Source of the DNA: Phoronis australis
Lineage: Eukaryota; Animalia; Phoronida
Direction: 5' to 3'
Assembly (NCBI GenBank): GCA_002633005.1
Contig: NMRA01000463.1
Location: forward strand, 62,001-126,000
DNA length: 64,000 bases
Part shown: positions 1 through 12,116 of the stretch, piece after piece
Numbering within the stretch: position 1 is the stretch's first letter
How the letters are laid out: the number at the start of each line of letters is the position of its first letter
Notes under the pieces: model-generated
Databases searched by the model: none
Told to the model about the DNA's origin: nothing
What the model saw: only the letters and a program-made list of their open reading frames with translations
Made by a program: the position numbers and the translations under genes

Positions 1-1818
1 AGTGTAAACAGGTCCTTCATTTACGTGTACTCTCGCTCTTGCCACGTTTGCGCGAGTTTAAACGAGACAAGCCATGATCCTGGAGAAATCTGCGTTTAAC
101 TTTTTCCTTAACTTTATGACAATTGTCTAGTTTCTCCATTTTTACGTGAACAAACAAAGAAATGCAGTAACAAAAACGATCGAGTTTTCTCCCTTGCTTC
201 CTTCAAAGTTATAAAAGCAACGCATCCAGGCACGGCTTTGAGAACATCTTTAATTTTAAGTCCTTAAATAGCGATAATTAGCGATAATCAAAGTTGTTAC
301 GGCACTCTCCTCGGAAACGATCTAGTGTGCTTCAGTGCGTCCATATAGCAATCACATAAATTTTGGAATGCAAATTCGTCTCATTATAAAACTCAATACG
401 TGGTCTGAGCCATTACAAATTAGAGTTTTTGAAAATGGCAGTGTACCTTAAACTGTACGTGGCGTAAGATACACTTTGAGCCTTCGTGAGCGCGAATGAA
501 AACAATTCGCATTTCTTCTTCAACACACGTGATTATTACTGTTTTAATGCTTCACGAATACCACAACTGCGCTTTCTTAAAAATCTTACAACGACTCGGA
601 GATTCAAGACAGTTATTTTTTGTGATAACGTAAAAATTTCCTGTCATTTCAGAGTGTACACGAACTTTTTAACGCGCGAATGGATTCACACGAAAACACA
701 AACACATGGTTGGTGACCTCTGGTCAAAGAATGGCATCAAAATCTAGACTTTGGACCATGTGTCGTTTAAGTTTTTTTACGTTCGTCCACAAACGACCAC
801 ATTGCATACGAGCAGTTGATATTTCAGTGCATTGTTGGCAAAATCTTGAAAATACGACGACAATACATTAAACTATGTAGGACCCTAGAAAAATGTCCAC
901 ATTTGATAAAGTTGAACACCAGAAATGGCTGATTAGAGGCACATGAAACTTTCCGATACTAAGATTTTTGCACTCTTCTCAAACAGTCTTATAGGAAATG
1001 TTTGTAAATGCTCCATATTTTATGAGGTTTTATCAAATATTAGAATTTCATAAGGTTCATGGAAAAAGTCTAAAATTACGTAAAACGAACAAGAAATGAT
1101 TACTTATGAAACTGAAATATTTCTTTTTTGTTGATTTCTACCAAAAGACATGATCACGCGATAAAATAATGGTAGTTTTTTGAAAAGCTAAAAACCAAAT
1201 TTCGCCTTTCAGAAAAATATACTTTAACTGAACTAAAATTTGCAGTTTTGTAGCTGTTAGATACAGTAGACAGGCATTTCTATAACGTCCTATGAACGGA
1301 TCCATTTAGACTAAAATCGCCCAGTGTTTGTTGTGATGCTGTTGCAGAACATTTTGCAAGCGGCGTGCGTCAAAGCTATCTACAGTGCTTCTACGGTGCG
1401 ACAACATGGCGAACTTCAATGCAAGGTTAAACCAGAATGACGTCACTTATTAAACCAACAATAAAGTCCGGTCCCACAACAGTATAACGCACAAAACTAT
1501 AAGTGTTAAGTTCACTTTTTGTGACCTGTTGCTGAGCTAAATCAATGCAATTGACACTCGAAAAGGTGTGTTACAACGCCTTGCAGTCATCTTACCGAAG
1601 CAGTGCTCAGTACTTTATTCCGCATACGATTGTTCTCAGCAGTTTTTGACCACTGTGGCCTAGGCTACGCTTGCTTGTTTTGTTTCAATCGTAAATGGGT
1701 CAACAGGTACTTACAGCACGACACTTCGTGTCACTTTATGATCTCTACATGCGTGATCGACGACTAGCAAAAATGGTTACAAAACAGGTGACAATATTTC
1801 ACTCGTCCTCTGTTGCAG

Positions 1819-2088
1819 GCAAACTTTAAAATCGACACGAACCCAGACGGCCAGGATTTGGATAGGATTGCGCAGATCACGGGTCTATCGAAAAGAGTCA
1901 CTCAAGTTTGGTTCCAAAACTCACGTGCGCGGCAGAAGAAGCACAGAGAGACCAAAGAAAGCATGATGGGAAGTCACGACTCCGTCCCGGACAGTTGTAT
2001 GGGTACGTTGGTCAATGACAGCAGCCGGAAGGCTTCGGGTATTTTCCGTAGCGGCACATTTCCGCTGGAAGATGTTTCATGCTTCTAA
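1819..2088 (+). CDS. Lhx6/8: 3' (probably terminal) coding exon of an Arrowhead/Lhx6/8-class LIM-homeobox gene: homeodomain from late helix 1 onward plus C-terminal tail
   Basis: Translation [42 protein letters not shown] closely matches the Arrowhead homeodomain ([41 protein letters not shown]). Acceptor ctcgtcctctgttgcag ends at 1818; TAA at 2086-2088. LIM domains and the start of the homeodomain were not found in 1-1818, so they presumably lie upstream of the window. Confidence 0.92.
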   Translation, partial: ANFKIDTNPDGQDLDRIAQITGLSKRVTQVWFQNSRARQKKHRETKESMMGSHDSVPDSCMGTLVNDSSRKASGIFRSGTFPLEDVSCF

Positions 2089-2824
2089 ATGTACTGTATA
2101 TCATTCGGCAAGCCAGGTGAATTTCAAAATAGCCATATGTATGAAGTTCGAACATGCGTAGAGGAGGCTAAGAAAATGTCCGAGGTATCCCGGAGGATTT
2201 GGCACAATTGGATTAAACGGAAGTTGGACATTGCTTTTATTATTAATTTCAAAATCAGAGTATTTTTAGCAGAAAATCTCAGTTTTGTCAGAATTCTTTT
2301 TGGAATTTCGACTGCACCCCATTTTAAGATCCCCCAACTTCAGTACTTGCGGTACATGAACAACTACAGTACGTATAGTGGCTCAAGGCTACGTTTCAAT
2401 CAAAAGTGACTTAGGGCTGAAGACAGATATGTTGTCTGACATACGTATATTTCCTAAGCTTCGTATTTGGTTTGATTGACATTAAATTATTTTTCTGAAA
2501 TCAGTTGCGTGGACGACCAAATTTCTGACTTAAGCCTCGAGCAACTTTTCCCCATGAAGCATGGACGCAAATATAAGGACAGGATCGTGTCCATCGAACT
2601 AAGCAATTGGCGTGCTGTCCTGATGCTACATTGTAATCTATGTCGAACTTCGTAAGACGAATCCTAAAATGGACAGTTACTAGTAATTCATTATTAGAAT
2701 TTTCATGAAGTCATTCGACATTAGATTTAAAACATCGGCCTATCTTTTAAAGATCATTGTCGCTTTTACGGCGGCCAAAACGGCGATAATTTGTGTTTAT
2801 TATGGTATGGGGACTTATTTGATT

Positions 2825-3080
2825 TATTGACTTTGAGCCGAAATAAAAACAAACTCCGTTGTGGTTTCATTGCAAATCGCCAATTCTTGCAGTTGTCTGC
2901 CTGGCATTTGCTGAAATCAAGACTGATGACGTTACCAGTAAGATTCGCTTAAAACACAAGCGTTTATCGAGTGAGATTTAGCTCTGAGCAGAGCGTTATG
3001 TTTGCGACCTCGGAGACTCCAGATTCGATTCCTCATTGAGTCTAATCTCAGAAAAGCACTTTCTCGCCGATCATGTCTCT
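2825..3080 (+). repeat. Dispersed repeat (copy A) with an internal tRNA-like segment
   Basis: Core caaatcgccaattcttgcagttgtctgcctggcatttgctgaaatc recurs near 19245, 28300(-), 58250 and 59325. It is followed by A-box-like tagctctgagcagag and B-box-like gattcgattcc (3022-3032). Boundaries approximate. Confidence 0.65.
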
Positions 3081-4069
3081 TTAAAGTGTGCAAGCTGATC
3101 GTCAAATTCCGTCATCGCCTTGCTTTAAGAGATTCGGGCATGCGCATACGGACTCTTTCAGCCAATTGCTTGCTTGTTGTATCGACATTGCACGTACATT
3201 CGGTCCTGTACTACAGTTGTTGGCACAAGTTACTTACGCGAGTGCCGGACTTTGAGAACCAGTTTGATGGCCGTTGTAAAGTGGAGGAAATTGGTTCTCA
3301 ATATTCAGTGATTAACGAAGAAGATCACTAAGTATGAATACGAACTACTTTCGATCAAATACATGTACATGTACAACTTCTTATGCACATAAATGCTTCC
3401 TCATACCCAACAAGACACCCAAGTCACGATCATCGCCAATAAGTGGAAGACAACTAATTCAATCTTAACGAAAATAGTGCTAACACGTCTTTTCATTACG
3501 CAATAACGCATTTAATTAAATAGAAACAATTAGATCCAGTTCACCCTTTGCCGAGATTATTGCTTCCCAAACATTTCCGCGCAAAGTCAATTTCCCTCAC
3601 TAGGCAGTCTACTTAAACCAATTAAGGCCGACCATCGCTCATATTTAGATATGATTAAATGTTATTTCGCTTTTCTATGATCTCCTGTCAATGGCGAGTC
3701 CACAGCTGACGGGTAAATTGTCCTCCCGAGCAAAATTAATTATACGACGCGCATTAGCTGCCGATTATACAGCTTGTGGGAAAATCCATATAGTTTTCGG
3801 AGTGGGAATATAGCTATTAGAAGGAAATTATTGGTTTTAGTTGAAAATCCATAATTCTATAAGTGAACGGGGTCGTTCGCTCCACTTGTTAGAAAATCGG
3901 AAAAATTTAATTATAGGGAGTAACGTCTTAAAACAGCTTGACATGGTGAATTGAGTCATCGAAACTTTGGATTTTATAACGGCTATATTAGAGTTTTAGA
4001 GCGACTATATGCGATATTAGAATTTCAACATCAAGGTGTCTGATAAATTTATGACAATTCTTTAAAGTG

Positions 4070-4152
4070 TCATTGTTGTTGTTTGTTCAACATCGACAAT
4101 TACTACCAAAATTATCATTATTATCATTGCCGTCATTGCTATTATTATTATC

Positions 4153-4187
<35 letters not shown>

Positions 4188-4262
4188 CATTATTATTATT
4201 ACTACTATTATTACTATTATTGTTGTTGTCGTTGTTATTATCATTATTGTTGATGTTGTTGA
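4070..4262. repeat. Compound trinucleotide microsatellite (ATT/ATC/ACT/GTT)n
   Basis: Direct inspection; it produces the poly-Ile/Leu ORFs at 4062-4385 and 4067-4315. Confidence 0.95.
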
Positions 4263-6023
4263 TCTTTTTGAATTTAAAGTACCACAGTCATGGACACAGA
4301 CTCGAGATATTTTAGATACTTGTATTGCTGCTACTGCAAAACTCGAAACAACGGCTTTTGGTGGCTTTTTCAAATTGTTGATCAATTACGGCCTTANACG
4401 TCGCACGATTCTTTAACGCGGCCAAACAGTATCGCCTGCAGAAAAGATACAGTTTACGAAAATTTTAGTTGCCGTTTTTTTCAAAGCTAATATGTCTTAA
4501 CTGGTTTTATTTTTACATGACTCATGAATATGACTCGCGAAGGCTGTCGTCATGTCTGAAGTAAAGTTATCAAATTTATATCGCTTGTAACGTTTTGCTC
4601 TTCTAAAATATCCCAACGCCGCTGTCTTAGCTGCGGCTCAAAATCTAACATTTGATAAAGCGGGCGTGATCAGGGGCCGTCATCTAATCTCTAAGCGCTC
4701 GAAATCCTTTTTTGGCATTTTCAGGGTTAGGAGGATTTGGGGAAAAGTGTACGGTTTGTAAATTCGTGATCTTTGTGAGCGATCCAATACTGGAGTCTGT
4801 TACATGAAAAGTGACCGGGGGACTACTGAGACAGAAACTTGTCCTTACGTTCCTCACAACTATTTCTGAAAAATAATTAAAAATCAGTTTACGAAAAAAA
4901 AAACAGAATGTCTGTCAATGTGCAAACAACTCCTACCTACAGAGAAAACGTGTTCAAATGTGGTAATAGTTACATAACTAGACTTTTATTAAGTAAGTAC
5001 ATATGAAGTGGGGGCGAAATACCAATCTCTGTTTTAAACCTTAAGTCACTTTCACGGAACCCTGGTTGAGGAGATGAGCTCTGTTAATTCATTACTTTTA
5101 ATAACAGCTACTTTAATTCATGTTTCAATTACCAAAGTCATATCAGATCACAAAAATCTGAGTCCATTTCCATTGGCGAGGTTTTACTTTCGGGATGATA
5201 ACATTTTGTTTAAGAGGTCACAAACAACATCCAATACATTGAGGAGTCAAATACGCTTTAGAAAACCCCAGGGCGTTCCATTTTCATCCAATCGCATCAC
5301 ATCTGAGTTTTACGATTAATAGTCTTAATTATTACATTTCTCCATTTCACGTTTAATGAGAACGGAATGGAAACGCTACCTTTGTATGAACAAATTGACG
5401 TTATTTTCACCAAAATGTGGGTATTCAGATTAAAACACACGAAGGGAGGTTTCATGTGTTCAGGAAACTGGACCGGACAATATAAGATGAAGCTGATGAA
5501 AGCTGTTGACGATGGAAGTTCTTGAACTTCATTTAAACGTCTTTTCCTTGGACCGATAAGAACATTAGTAGATTTGCTATATATATTTTACATTAATTTT
5601 TCATACTGTAGGAGTGCCTATGTGCTGTTCAGCATAACGTAACTATATCGATGGAACATTATATCAAAATGTCAAAAGTGATACCCATACTTGGCAAGGA
5701 AATCCAATCATAATCATTGTCATGATTATTAAATAGCTGTATTATCATGAAATATGATTTTTTTCTATTATTAACAAAACCTTTTTCACGAAGGTAATTA
5801 CCATGTCCCGACTTGGCAAGTCACTGATAAATTAACTGAAAACTAAACAACAATACCTTTACTACACCAGTTAAAAGTATCTGTTTATGTGTTATGTGCA
5901 AAATTAAATTTGTCGCGTTTGCAAAATTACAAGGTATTTGAATACAAGAGCAAAATACCATCTTCATTCAAACGACACTGCTACAAATCCTCTGACGAGT
6001 GCGTTATAAAATTGTGCGCTGAG

Positions 6024-6105
6024 AGTGCCACCTGGAGGGTGCCCATCACGATCGTATTGTTGGCATTATATAGATATTACCCTCTGACACAGCGCCACCT
6101 ATACT
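6024..6105 (-). promoter_or_regulatory. Pair of CTCF-like motifs (candidate insulator)
   Basis: Reverse complements CCTCCAGGTGGCACT (6024-6038) and AGTATAGGTGGCGCT (6091-6105) versus the CTCF core CCASYAGRKGGCRC. Motif match only. Confidence 0.4.
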
Positions 6106-8970
6106 GAAAAGTGGCCCTGTGGTAACGTGATGGACGGCACACGGAATTCCGTGTGTGGGCATCAATGCGCATGCCTTGGTCTAAGGTAAACAGATCACTT
6201 CGCCACCACTTGCAGACGCCTTTATGCACTTTTTGAGCGTAAGCCACTGGATCGGGGTTCCTTTGATTTTGTGTACTTTGATCACTGCCCGTTATTATAA
6301 ATTGCAGCCATTCAAGTCAGAGTGTGATCGCCATACTACGTACGTGTAAGAGTAAACTGAAAGGGGTTTCCCAGATTTCAACCAATGGGAATGACTGAAT
6401 GTTATGACCTCGGTTTCATTATTTTACCAATGAGAAGCCATTTTAAACAATCTGCCACAGTGCTACCTTTCGTAGCACTGTGAAAGCAATAGACGTTCAT
6501 ATCATTATGATACTTCCGCTCGGCAAGCACGCAGTCGTAAACTAAAATATTTTTTTATTGGATTGACTTCCTTATTTGAAAACTTGCTAGGTTGAACAGT
6601 CTGTATTTACTTACATTTGCATTTTAAATAGTCTGCAAAATATAAATTAAAAACTGTTCGTTATTTTTGGTAGTCTGTCTTTAGTCAATTACTCGGAGTC
6701 TAGCAACTTCTTAATGCCTCTAACTATCCTGTAAGCAGTACAACGCTGACAGGATAAGGATTGCGTCAGTGCTGCCATAGTATCTTTGATCGTAGCGCAT
6801 GTGCAACACGTTGCTGACGGTTTTCGAGGGCACCAGTGTGATATTGAAAGTAGATTATGGTATGTTTTTGGGGTGACCTTGCCGTGTATCGTCTGAACCG
6901 ACATTCGATTGCTAAGTTACCTGACGTCATTTTACGATGAATCACCAGCCAAAACCGATCGGAATCGCTCAGTCCCTGCTTGCCTTCCTACAGCAACAAA
7001 CTTCTCAAGGCTGCAGCCGCAGCGAAACAGCCGGCGCCCCATCTAGTGGTTTTGTAAGAACGAAACATTGCAAATCACTTTAAATTCGGCCATCTTGATA
7101 AACCACTGTTACTGTGCACAACAACAAAAATAAATAGATAAGTTGCGAAAGGTCTATGTGTATACAACTTCGCAGCGTACGACCTTAGGTAAATTGGCTC
7201 CGTTGTGTTGTAGTGCAAAAAATGTCCTCTAGTCGTGTCGCGACAGGGAAATAAATCAGCAAATCGACACTCGAAGAAGAGCACAAAATAATTACTCCTT
7301 ATCTTTTTCAGATCACGATGATAGCTGGTGAGACCACAAAATGCCATATGTCCTCGACGAACCAACGAAAAGGCTGCAAAGATCGAATTTAGTCTTGCCT
7401 GTGCTCTTATTTATTTACTTATTTATTTATTTATTAATTTTTTCAATATTTGAAATCTTTACTAAAGTTACGGAGGAAGACAATACTCGTCTACATAGGT
7501 ACCGTGACCGAATTAAGGCTGAGCACACCTGTTCACCGAATCAACATCAATAGCATAGTACAGTAAGCGAAAGTATGGATTTTCCAGTCTGAAAAGCATA
7601 ACGACTGTGGCGACGTCTTTTGTAAGCTACACGATGTAGTATGTTGAAAAATGGCAAAAATCGAGGGTGCATTGCGAAAAGTAATTTCCAGCTAGCGACA
7701 CAAGATTACACAAGTGTTCGCCAGATTTCGTCATGTATTACAAACGAAGTACCCGATCAGTTTGTTCGTGTTTTGACGTGACGGAATGCCCTTCGGTTTT
7801 GTGATCGAGCATTAAAAAACATTAGTACTCGCTAGCTCTATATGCAGAATCTCACAAAGATCCGGTTGCGATTGCCCTTCAACATGGGCTGCGCGAGTCT
7901 TCTCGACATCTCACCAAGCATTGCAAGAGAAGCACTTGGGGCCATGGAACACAACCTTGGTTGACACTTCACAAAATTTTTGTCATTTTGCATTTCTCAG
8001 ATTTCCTGGTGCGGCGGAAACAATGTCCCGAGTTTGACCAGAATGCTCAGCAATAGCATTGAACTGCACATTGGCGTTTCTGCAATATCAACGGTTATGT
8101 AGGATCTCGCCCTAAAGCCGCTGCTTTTAGCCTTATATCTGGAAAACGTTTGAAGTGAACTCGTTAAAAATAATTTTTTGAAAGTAGAAATTGTGTAAAA
8201 TTTGCCATTAGTTGGGTCACGTGAACGTGTTTTTCAGAAAAAAAAAACGTAGCAGAGAAGACGGGTACAACCATAGCAACAGGACGAATAACATGGTCAA
8301 ATACCCTTTGATAGAAATGTTCAAGGTGAAATCTCAAAAGCGCTGTTACAATTTTCAAAATTATTTCGTTTTAGTTCACGCAACTCTTATTTTTGATTTC
8401 TCATCATTCAACAGTGGAAGGTATTAAAATTATTTGAAGAACTTCTAGTGCATGAAGCAAATTATCGGAAAATTTCATGATCCGGATCAGCCACATCTCA
8501 GTTATGTTGTTCCAAAACTAACCGAGTTTGGAAATACTTGTAAGGTCTGACGTAGCTGTCGTTATTTTGTTCTTGAAACGGAAGGGTAACGGAACACGAT
8601 GCCAGCGCCTAACTAAAACAGATATCGAATTGCTAACGTGGTGAGATTGAATTAAGTAATTATTGTGCATGTTTTGTGGATAAGTGAAGTCTCACGCAGT
8701 CTTGTTTCGTGAGAGGACAGTGTCAGCGTCTTCACTTGTCTATACTGTGTTGTTAATTGATTTTTTGTTCACACAATGTTTAATTGTAAATTACACAGAA
8801 ATAAATATACACGTTTTTGTAACCATGTCTCCTGTAGAGTGTGCACGAGCTCATTGATGGAATGCAAATCATTTCAAATTTAGCAAATTTCAATTTTATA
8901 GTTGATTGACAGATGCCGTATTTATTTCTAGCAAAGAGAATTTGGTGTACTAAATTCTCTTTGCTTCCAA

Positions 8971-9109
8971 CACTGACGGATCCAGGATTTTTAAGGGGGT
9001 CCCAGTCACTGTACTCAGTCAAAGGAAAAGACCTGCAAAGGGCTTGCTGACGTTGCAAATTGGAGGTGAGGGAAGCAGAATCTTCAGTACCCCCCGGAAT
9101 CCGCCGAGG
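8971..9109 (+). mobile_element. Degenerate MITE of the GGCGGATCCAG-terminus group
   Basis: Left end cactgacggatccaggatttt and right end cccccggaatccgccgagg resemble the TIRs of the intact copies at 45834 and 60619; no TSD recognisable. Confidence 0.5.
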
Positions 9110-11549
9110 ATGACTTACAATTATCACCACTTGTATCAAAATGTTAATATTATTCAAAGAGATAACAAACGAGTGTGAAAAGGCAATTCAATGTCTCCGT
9201 GGACTCTTGTTTGCTCATCTTTTGAGCTTTGCCTCGACAATCATTATGAACATTCTGTAAAACGACTACGGCGATACAGAACTGTTGTTTTCGAGATGAT
9301 TTCAAGAATGCGAAAAAGCACTAAATTATACGTTGATTCTTTCCTTCCCCGCCGCCATTGCATGACGTAGCAGTGCTTCTCACTCGCTCATTTTATTAAA
9401 GCCGTACACATACATATACAGGTACATTACAAGATAGTCTTCATCTTGTTTGTCTGTAGGTGGATGAGTGTGTACACGTACTATATAATACGTTTTGCCT
9501 AGTACTTGTTACAATTTCTGTTATCATGATCGAGTCTTCCCAGTAGCATTCGGCAATAAAAACTGTGCGGTAGACTGTTTAAGACTTTCGACTTTGTTCT
9601 AGTTTTTTAAAAGTTGGTCTACACATATCACAAATGTTCCCAATAGAAACGTAACAAGTCGTTTGAGTTCATGAAACTGGCCGTCTCTTTAAATCTGAAA
9701 ACATGCCGTTTTTAATTAATGTCTATTTTTGTGTTAAGTCTATAAATTCGTCACCGATAGGACGCGCTTCATTACTAGTGTCAGTCATACCTCTACCGCG
9801 GGTACCAGCGAAACTCTCAGCATTTAAAGTTTTGAAATGGCTATAACGTGCAAGTATTAAAGATATAATAAACTTTGTGACATAAATTAATAGGGCTAGC
9901 GTCTTCCACATTTCCTCCGTATATGTACGCGTATTTGTCATTGCAAAACCAAAAACAAACTCGTAAACAATTTGAGATTTTCAATTAAGACTATTATACG
10001 TGTAAATTGAACGTTGTTTTCAACAGAATATGTCCAACAGAAATTGTGCTCCTAAAATATAAACAGAACTTTAGAATGGACAAATCTTGCTCTCAGACCT
10101 TGAATTAACGGCTTCCAAATCAAACATGCGGCTCATGATTAAAATATAATTTTGGATTATTTTCAATGTTTCGGAATAATCAAAAATCAACTTGCGACTT
10201 AAACCACTTACCGCTAGGAGATTAATCTAAATGAGAGTTATTTCAGAACTTCAAAAGAACTGCCAGTTCATTATTGGTTGAGATCAGACTCCACCACTTG
10301 ACTTCCCACTGAGATATTTATGCACAAAGCATGATCTCAAGGAGCATGGCACTGTCTATTCCTTGAAAACGCAGAATTATTTCTTACTGAGTAAGGTACA
10401 AATCGACGGAGAGGGAATTTACAGCGCTATGTGGTCTAAATCGTAAGCTCGGCTTGTTGGAGCGACAGGAAGTACGTCACAGCCTCTTTTTGTATTTAGT
10501 CGAAGTTGGATTCACGAGTTCAAATAATCAGAAATTTTATTCCAAATTTCATGCGTTGTTTCTCTTTTTCAGTCGTTGTTCTAAGCCCCTCGACACCCGA
10601 TGAGACGTTAAACGATTCCTTTTATTGGTTGGCGTGTTTTTGCCCGCGGTGTGTTTGTTTTCTATTACCCGACCGGGGAGTGCTCTGCGGTGTATTATTG
10701 TTTATTTGAAAATGATCCCCGGCGGAAGTGATTTGGGTCTGGACTCTCCGGGAGGAACTCACCGGTGTGACGCCGCTGTCATTGACTAAAATGTCGAGGA
10801 CATCTCCGTGCAACCGATCGATAGCAGTTTTGCTCCAACAGACTGCTACCAAGAGATTGTTATCTGATGTAAAACTTATGCTCTCTGTACCCTGACCAGT
10901 TTGGATGTCCTCATGTGGGCGAGGAACGAGGCTACGTCCTGCCTTGCAAACATATAAAAGGTGTATTCGGACATTCACAACATAACAGGTCCGTAAGTTG
11001 GCCTTCAAATATACAAACATGTAGAACACTGAATTTCCGAACTTTTGTAACTGATACGCATAAACTTCCCCTCGCAACCCCCACTCAACATAAAAAAGCC
11101 CATTTTCGTTATTTCAAAAACATCCATGGTAACTAAATACATTCATATGCGGAATGGGATAATTTGGTAGTTTCGCTTAGTTTTTCGCATCATCGAGTAG
11201 AAAAGAATTACATGAACCTCTCCGGTTAAGCGATTTTTAAGTGTTTGTAACATCGTTTAAATCAGAATATCTAATTAAGAACAGATAGGGTTACGAATTT
11301 TCACGCAAGACCACCTCAGGCTAAATGAACAGTATTTTCAAAAATGACGTTATTTCAGCACGACTTCAGACTTTAAAAACACAACCCACACAGAATACGC
11401 GTGTTTCGTTTTTTGAATTGCCGTTGTCGTATCGAAAAAATGACTGTCACTCTTAAAACGGATATAAAACTGTGTTCGTATAAGAAGCGAACATTTGGTT
11501 TGGACTACTCATCGTTATACGAGTCATCTCAGCTTGTTTCTTTTCCAGA

Positions 11550-11750
11550 TGAGAAGTGATTTTGTGGTTTGGGGAGATCCCCACACACTTCGTTATGCGT
11601 TAAGACAGTGCCAGGCTCATCAATAGACACGCCGTGACAAACCAAGTTGTGGACCCCCGGGCTCAATTAATTGCAAAATATCAGTTCTCTCTTACCCCTG
11701 AAACCTCTAATTTGACAGAGGAACAATTTTCGACCAATGTCACGGCAACC
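11550..11750 (+). repeat. Dispersed repeat, homologous to ~61660-61845
   Basis: Colinear shared blocks gagaagt.att, agaca.tgcc, acacgccgtga.aa.ccaa.ttg and acctc...tttgac occur at both loci. Confidence 0.55.
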
Positions 11751-12116
11751 GTAAGTGGTCTAAATCGCATTTTTACAATTTTGGAGTAGAAAGAGGGTTT
11801 ACACCTGCATTGAAATCATCGAATCTCAATTTTTATGAGGCAAGGCAGGTGCAGGCGCGGATCCAGGGGTCACGTTTACACTGCTCTAGTGGAGGAGTAT
11901 CTCTAAGCACCCAAGACAATGTTTACCCCTTGTTGTAAGCACCTGGACAAAACCCAAGATCATCCGCTGTAGTTGATAGTAAAACAAAATGCATGTGGGT
12001 TTGCACTACGAAATGTTGCTACATCTCGATTTATTGTACACACGTGTGTTCTAGGCTAGTGTGAAGAAAGGAGAGAGAGTCTGGAGACCCAACTTTGTGT
12101 TTTGCATAGTTTCATT

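Noticed and set aside
4062-4385. Hydrophobic poly-Ile/Leu ORFs
   Set aside because: Translations of a trinucleotide microsatellite.
11549-11750. Apparent exon (ttttccag acceptor, gtaagt donor)
   Set aside because: Stops in all three frames and homology to a repeat at ~61660; not coding.
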